This document shows positions 38,915-45,531 of a stretch of 45,531 nucleotides of DNA, piece by piece. Both the position numbers and the translations under genes were made by a program. The DNA is from Octopus sinensis (lineage: Eukaryota): contig NW_021834831.1 of assembly GCF_006345805.1 (NCBI RefSeq), positions 1 to 45,531 on the forward strand, given 5' to 3'. The stretch's first letter is position 1. Every line of letters begins with the position of its first letter. The notes beneath the pieces were generated by a model that had not been told where the DNA came from, made no database searches, and saw only the letters and a program-made list of their open reading frames with translations.

Positions 38915-39125
38915 AGCGGAGAGCTGGCAGAATCGTTAGCACGCTGGGTAAAATGCTAAGCGGCATTTCATTCGTCATTACGTTCTGAGTTCAAATTCCG
39001 CCGAGATCCACTTTCCTATTCATCATTTCAGAGTCGATAAAATAAGTACCAGTTAAGCACTCGACTATCGACTATCCCCCTTCCCCGAAATTGTTGGCCT
39101 TGTGTCAAAATATGAAACCAATATT
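38915..39125 (+). mobile_element. SINE family A (older subtype)
   Basis: gagctggcagaatcgttagcacgc...ttctgagttcaaattccgccgag. Confidence 0.88.
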
Positions 39126-39829
39126 CGTTCTTGTACTTGAAGTCAAACGGAAGGAATTAACTCTCATATAAAGAATAAAAGCTAATTTTTTGAAGGGTAA
39201 TCAATAATCGACATTGCTCTGTCTCTAATAAGAATGATTGAGAGGAAAAATACCCGGGGACAACTCTGCAGAAACACAAATTGTAAAACTTAAAACATTA
39301 TAAAGAGTTTCTGTCTGTTTCTTATTCAGGCAGCACCTGAAACATTTTCTTTCTTTTTTTCGCCCTACACCCGAGACGTGTAGGAGAAACTTGGTTTCAC
39401 TTTAGGCTGTTTGTGAGGGGCACAGCACTCTTTCATATATACGAACAGTTTTACTTGAGATTTCTACAGTAGAGAAAAACTGAAATCTTCTTGAAGCTTC
39501 GAACTCGAAACTGGAGTCTGTGTGTTGCAGCTTTGCCAAGTCCTCTTGAGAGATCCTCGGGGATGTGGAACCTTGTAATTCTGGCTGAAGGTTTTATTTG
39601 CATGTTAACCCATGTTTCTTTGATGTGCGTGGGTGATTGTGCTTTCATGCTGTTGAAAAATACAAAGGAGGCTGTTGGAGAAGTTTCGCTAAACTGGAGA
39701 CTGGGACCGAATTCTTACAATAGAATGAACTCTGCTAAAATATTCTCCAGGACCAAGTCGTAACGTTAAACCGACGATGGATTTGGGCAATCATCCCAAA
39801 ATTCTGTCTGTCTACCAAATTTGTTCTAC

Positions 39830-39985
39830 AGTGCAAATCCTCAAATTTGGGAGAAGGGGTTGGTCAATTATATTGACCTTAGTACTTAATTAGTACTTTA
39901 TTTCAAGGAATTGAACTCAAAACGTAAAGAACTGTCAATAAATTCGGTGAAGCATTTCATCCAACTCTGCAACGGTTCAATGGAT
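39830..39985 (-). mobile_element. SINE family A, deleted and diverged
   Basis: ggaattgaactcaaaacgtaa and tagtactttattt. Confidence 0.6.
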
Positions 39986-40114
39986 CTACTTCTGTTCTTT
40001 TCTTCTTTTTAATCAAAAGGTGAGAGACAAAAATATTTGGTTAGCTTTAAACTTAAAATGAAAAGTTATTTTCAATTATAGATTAATCAGAATGCAGTAC
40101 CAACAACAGCAACT

Positions 40115-40195
40115 AGCACTCTGTCGTTTATGAGGACGAGGGTTCCAGTTGATCCGATCAGCGGAACAGCCTGCTCGTGCAAGTGGTTGAGCACT
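40115..40195 (-). mobile_element. SINE family C 3' fragment
   Basis: gacgagggttccagttgatccgatca.cggaacagcctgct matches 7691-7732. Confidence 0.85.
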
Positions 40196-40371
40196 TGGTT
40201 CATTGAAGTAGGAGAAACTTGGTGCTACACATATCGGTTGTGTATGTATGACATCGAATCGATATGTAAAGGTTAAAGGAGAGAGAATGAGGATATTTGC
40301 TAGATCATTGGTTCTCGGCCGGCATCCACATGATCCTTGGTGTCCATATAAGATTTTGTTGTCAAAAATTT

Positions 40372-40535
40372 AGGCACAGGCATCTCTGTGTGGAAAGAAT
40401 TTTGCTTCCCAAACACATGGTTCATGGTTCAGTCTCACTGCGCGGCACCTTGGGCAAGTGTCTTTTACTATAGCCTCGGGCCGACCAAAGCCTTGTCAGT
40501 GGATTTGGCTGACGGAAACGGAAAGAAACCCGTCG

Positions 40536-40596
<61 letters not shown>

Positions 40597-40826
40597 ACCT
40601 ATGTCTGCGTGCTTTTGTATTTGTGTTTGTCCCCTCATCACCGCTTGACTACCGGCGTTGGTGTTTATATCCCCGTAACGTAGCAGTTCGGCAAAAGACA
40701 CCGATAAAATAAGTACTAAGCATACAAAGAATAAGTCTTGGAGTCGATTTCTTCGACTAAAAAAAACCTGCATGGCCTCAGTCAAATGACTGAAACAAGT
40801 AAAAGAATAAATAAATAAAAGAATAA
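40372..40826 (+). mobile_element. SINE family B, full length
   Basis: Head, caccttgggcaagtgtctt, internal TA/TG repeat and tail. Confidence 0.9.
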
Positions 40827-42941
40827 ATTGGTTACACTTCTGCAACATGCAAAATATTTTATCAATTTTTTATACAATTCCTAATAATATTTAGGAATAA
40901 AATTATAATATAGGATTATTTTAAACATCGAATGGTTTACATGGATTCTTCCAAGTACAATAGGAAAAAGGGGTCCAAAGGTAAAAGATGATTGAGAACC
41001 ACTGAGTAAGAAGTAGCCTGTACTTTGCACTTTGTGCAATACACTACACTCAAAACATGTCTCAATAACTTTATCTTACTTAAGCATAATACAGATATCA
41101 CACGCATTTCTCCCAAAGCAGACATCACATTTCTGTTAAGGCAAACATCACGTTTCTCTCTCGTAATTATCAAAGAAGACATTATATTTGTCTCTAGACG
41201 TAATCAAGGAAATCATCACATTTTTCTCCAAACAATTATTGTTGTATTAGTATTTAACAATTTGAGGAAGAACTAGAGAATACTTTAAAAAGTTTTGATG
41301 TCATTTAGTATAGAACATTCTAAGAAGAATGGTACCACAATTAGGTAGAGTTAGTTCAATTTGTTTAAATGGCGCACTAGGTCAAGAGGGTACATGACTT
41401 CAGACATTCTTAGGTGATATGCAACCAAACCGTTAGGTAACCGGCCATACATCACGACTGAGCCACAGTAGTTTCATGTGATCAGTCTTCTAAGCAGGCA
41501 AGTCAAGATGCAGTCATCGCGTGGTGCAATCTTCTAGAATCTTCTTAAAAAGTCACCTTTGGCGCCAACGCGTTTTCGCAGAGTTTTAAGAGCGGCAGAC
41601 TCGTTGACACGTCTTACCGCTTGCCAGGCAGAATGGTGAGGCAGCTGCGTGATGTGTCTCCATTTTTACTAAAGCCAGACTATCTAGGAAGACGGTTAAG
41701 ATAGAAGGCAGATAGATGACAGGAATCTCCGTCGTCACGAATATAGCACAATTGTTTCCAATTACGTTGGGTCGGCCACATGTTGCTGTATCGGTAAGCT
41801 TGCAGTATGTCTCTCCAAATATGCAATTATTGCAGTGTAACTCTATATGCAATAATATAATCTTCTGCTAAATGCTTGCAGGTATTGTCACTTATTACTT
41901 CATGCAGTTCAAGAAACACATTTTCCTTCTTCAGTTCAACCAGCCATCACCAGAGACCACCCAACAAACACATGACATTATTTTTCCAAAGAGCAACTCT
42001 GACTGAGCACACTCTATGTCTAAAAACATTAGTCATGGTCTCTTCTCTTTTATTTTAGACATTTTATATCTGGGACTAAATTATCTGACCTCGCTAGTTT
42101 TTTTTTTTTTTAAAGATAGAGTGTATAATTTAAGAGAGATTCGGCTGTTATTTCTAGCAGAACAAGCCACCTCATAGTACGATTTAAAGTAAGTTGAAAT
42201 GGAACGAACGAGAATGCTTGGAAAAATAGCTCACGCTTCGGTACTTCAGGAGTTCGTCGGCAGATAATACGGCAGTCACCAAGACATATTTAAATATTGA
42301 TTTTTATTTTTTGAATATAAGCACAAGGCATCGAATTTAGCGGAGGAGGGACATATGACTACGTAATATTCATGACTTTTGGAAGTGGTGGTAGTGGTGG
42401 TGGTGGTGGTGATGGTGGTGGTGGTTGAATGGGGGGGGGGTAAGCATTGGAAATCAAAATTAAGTAGAATTGTTATAACCAGTGAGCGAAGAGTATTTTA
42501 TGTGTAGACTATGGCACTCACAAGGCATGTCTAGTTATTAATATCCAAATACAGCATTAACAACTAGTGTGAAATTATAGTAGTGGCTGAGACACATACC
42601 ATAGGAATGATGCTTCTATGTATAAAAGCAACGAAGTAACAAGTAACATTTCAGTGTATTGATGTGTATTTTATGGAAGGTTGAGGATACCATAAAATAT
42701 TTCAGCAACAAGTCTATGAATATATTTGCTCTCTGAATCTCGTGTTACTCTCAAATATGCTAGCTCGTTCTCCTTCTTAATCGCCACCTTCACCAGTTTC
42801 TCTTTGTATATATATATAAGTGCATACAAGTATGTATATACTTTACGCACTTGCATACACATCTTACATACAAAAAAAAAAAACACACTCACACACACAT
42901 AAATACATGTGTGTAAAATATCTATCTGTTTTACTATCAAA

Positions 42942-42942
<1 letters not shown>

Positions 42943-42987
<45 letters not shown>

Positions 42988-43157
42988 GTTTACATATTGG
43001 CATACATATACATACATAGATGCGTGCATGTATGTAGGTATGTATATATGTATGTATTTATGTATGTATTTATGTATGTATGCACGCATGCATGCATGCA
43101 TACATACATACATATATACATAGGCACGCAGACACAGACACAGAAAAGCATGCATAT

Positions 43158-43192
<35 letters not shown>

Positions 43193-43263
43193 TATATATA
43201 TAGACACACATATATATATATACATACTATATATATATATATATAGATATATATATATATATA

Positions 43264-43323
<60 letters not shown>

Positions 43324-43475
43324 TATAGAGGTAGATAGATAGATAGATAGATATATATATACATATATATACATATGTATACATGCACATACATAATATA
43401 CATGTACACAATCTAAACATTTGAGAGTTTAGTTATTCATGCGTGCACACTCACACACAGATGCAGACATATAGA

Positions 43476-43532
<57 letters not shown>

Positions 43533-43700
43533 GCACGTACATACTTATGTCTGTGTGTGTGTGCACGTGTGCGTGTGTGTACGTATATATTTCTGTATTT
43601 ATGAGTGAATGTGCACGTATAAATGCATATACGTATGTGTATGCATGTATGTATGTATGCATGTATGTATGTATTATATAAGTATTTATGTATATGTGTT
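42943..43700. repeat. Compound CT/TA/TATG/CA microsatellite block
   Basis: Directly visible. Confidence 0.93.
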
Positions 43701-43704
43701 TATG

Positions 43705-43890
43705 TGTGTATTTGTGTCTGTGTCACTCGCCACATTACAACTGGTGTATTTACGTCCCCCACGAGCTAGAAGTTCGGCAAAAGTGACGATAGAATAAATA
43801 GCAGAATTAAGAAAGAAGTTGAGTGGATTCGATCGAATTAACCCTTCGAGGCTGAGCCTCCAGTATATGAAACAAGTAAAAGAGTAAAAG
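43705..43890 (+). mobile_element. SINE family B 3' half, diverged
   Basis: tttacgtcccc...gttcggcaaaag...gaaacaagtaaaagagtaaaag. Confidence 0.78.
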
Positions 43891-44017
43891 TATACATACA
43901 TGTGTGTATGTGTGCGCATGTGCATGCATGCGTGCATGCGTGCTTGTGTTTGCCTATAGATGGATAGATTAATATGTATATTATATATATATTTATATAT
44001 ATATATATTATATATAT

Positions 44018-44102
<85 letters not shown>

Positions 44103-44112
44103 TATAACACAT

Positions 44113-44522
44113 AGGCGTAGGAGTGGATGTGTGGTAAGTAGCTTGCTTACAACCACATGGTTCCGGGTTCAAGTCGCACCGCGTGGCACCTTGGGCAAGT
44201 GTTTTCTACTATAGCCCCGGGCTGACTAAAGCCTTGTGAGTGGATTTGGTAGGCGGAAACTGAAAGAAGCCCGTCGTATACAGGTATATATATGCGTGTA
44301 TGTTTGTGTAAATGTGTGTCTGTGTTTGTACCCCCCCCCCCCGCCCGCCACATCACTTGACAACCGACGCTGGTGTGTTTACGTCCACGTAACTTAGCAG
44401 TTCAGCAAAAGAGAGCGATAGAATAAGTACTAGGCTTACAAAGAATAAATCCTGGGGCCGATTTGCTCGACTAAAGGCGGTGCTCCAGCATGGCCGCAGT
44501 CAAATGACTGAAACAAGTAAAG
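44113..44522 (+). mobile_element. SINE family B, full length
   Basis: Closely matches 32237-32690. Confidence 0.93.
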
Positions 44523-44574
44523 ATTCAAAGATTCAATGATATCCACATATAGTTTGTGTGTATGTATTCTTATC

Positions 44575-44980
44575 TTTCATCTTTTATCTTTCTACTTGTG
44601 TCAGTCATTTGACTACGGCCATACGGGAGCACCGCTTTGAAGAATTTTAGTCTAATGGATCGACCCCGATTCCTTTCTTTTAAGCCTGGAAATTATTCTA
44701 TCCGTCTCTTTGCTTACCACTAAGTTACAGTGTCATAAGCACACTAACACCATTGTCAAGGGGTGGTGAGGGACAAACAGAGGTGCAAAGACACACATAT
44801 TTATATATAGATTTATGTAACGGGCTTCTTTCGGTTTCCGTCTGTCAAATCCACTCTCAAGGATTTAGTCTTCCCGAGGCTTTAGTAGACGATACTTCCC
44901 AGGATGCCACGTGGTGGGACTAAGCCCGGTACCTAGTGGCTAGGAACCAAACTTCTTGCCACATAGCCAAGCCTATGCCT
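44575..44980 (-). mobile_element. SINE family B, older full copy
   Basis: Tail, body and head in reverse orientation. Confidence 0.85.
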
Positions 44981-45099
44981 GCTGTGTGTGTGTGTGTGTG
45001 TGTGGTGCGTATGTGTAAATGTGTATGTTTGTATATGTGTACATAAGTATATCATTAAAAAATCTAGCACTGAGAGATGGAAGGAACAAGAGTAAAGAC

Positions 45100-45188
45100 G
45101 CTTACAAAGAATAAATCCTGGGGCCGATTTGCTCGACTAAAGGCGGTGCTCCAGCATGGCCGCAGTCAAATGACTGAAACAAGTAAAG
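45100..45188 (+). repeat. Exact 89-bp copy of SINE tail 44434-44522
   Basis: Identical by eye, including the variant aataaatcctggggccgat. Confidence 0.9.
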
Positions 45189-45279
45189 CGGACAAGCGAA
45201 AACCCCTAATCAATTTCCAAACAAATATCACCAGAATTTCGATATATATATATATATATATAATATATATATATACTGA

Positions 45280-45531
45280 GACCCCCTTCGGTCATGACTG
45301 ACCATGGGATTGCACCTAGGAAGTGACCCTCCCAGGCACAAATTCGGGCAAGGTTTTATTATGGACGACCAGCAGTCGCCCATGCATACCAGCCCCCACC
45401 CTCTCTACGCCACCGATGTTATCCAAGAGAAAGGCAAGGGTCGATACAGATTAGCACCTGTGACGTCGCAACTCCTTTCTACAGCTTAGTGAACTGGAGT
45501 AACGTGAAATAAAGTGTCTTGGTCAAGAACG
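45280..45531 (-). mobile_element. SINE with CORE-like segment and RTE-5'UTR-derived body (Ceph-SINE-like), runs off the window
   Basis: Reverse complement TTCTTGACCAAGACACTTTATTTCACGTTACTCCAGTTCA resembles family E at 31077-31117; the body is similar to 4501-4640. Confidence 0.7.

Noticed and set aside
40960-41003. hAT-like terminus (GAGAACCACTG); also CAGTGACGTAGCTAGG at 925
   Set aside because: No matching opposite end or 8-bp TSD found.
41586-41852. PLE RT-like relic (NNCIFGETY); also a GIY-YIG-like relic at 42671-42800
   Set aside because: Similarity too short and weak to call by eye.
41895-41940. Minus-strand CUGAAGA-stem-GAAC motif
   Set aside because: Lacks GAAA, stem III and stem I; compatible with chance. 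The same applies to motifs at 2467 and 10104.
42385-42440. G-quadruplex-like (GGT)n/G-run
   Set aside because: Ordinary microsatellite with no independent evidence of function.

Overview
Repeat-saturated, AT-rich eukaryotic non-coding DNA. The SINE families and microsatellite load resemble octopus/cephalopod genomes as I recall them; this is not database-verified. I found no credible host protein-coding exon, rRNA, true tRNA or CRISPR array, and almost all listed ORFs are translated microsatellites or SINEs. The window holds roughly 30 tRNA-derived SINE copies or fragments from at least 4 families, decayed Tc1/mariner transposons and MITEs, a Chapaev-like transposase relic, an R4/Dong-type LINE, RTE LINE pieces and Penelope-like (PLE) remnants. 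The strongest hidden signal is three sequence-unrelated, nearly intact type I hammerhead ribozyme folds (6060-6107 minus, 22909-22998 plus, 35304-35380 plus), plus several decayed cores. Two of the three have an upstream antisense segment to their 3' strand. Also notable are SINE multimers with a fixed junction inside single target-site duplications, a tRNA-head/hammerhead-core tandem array, and several templated local duplications. All alignments and folds were made by eye.
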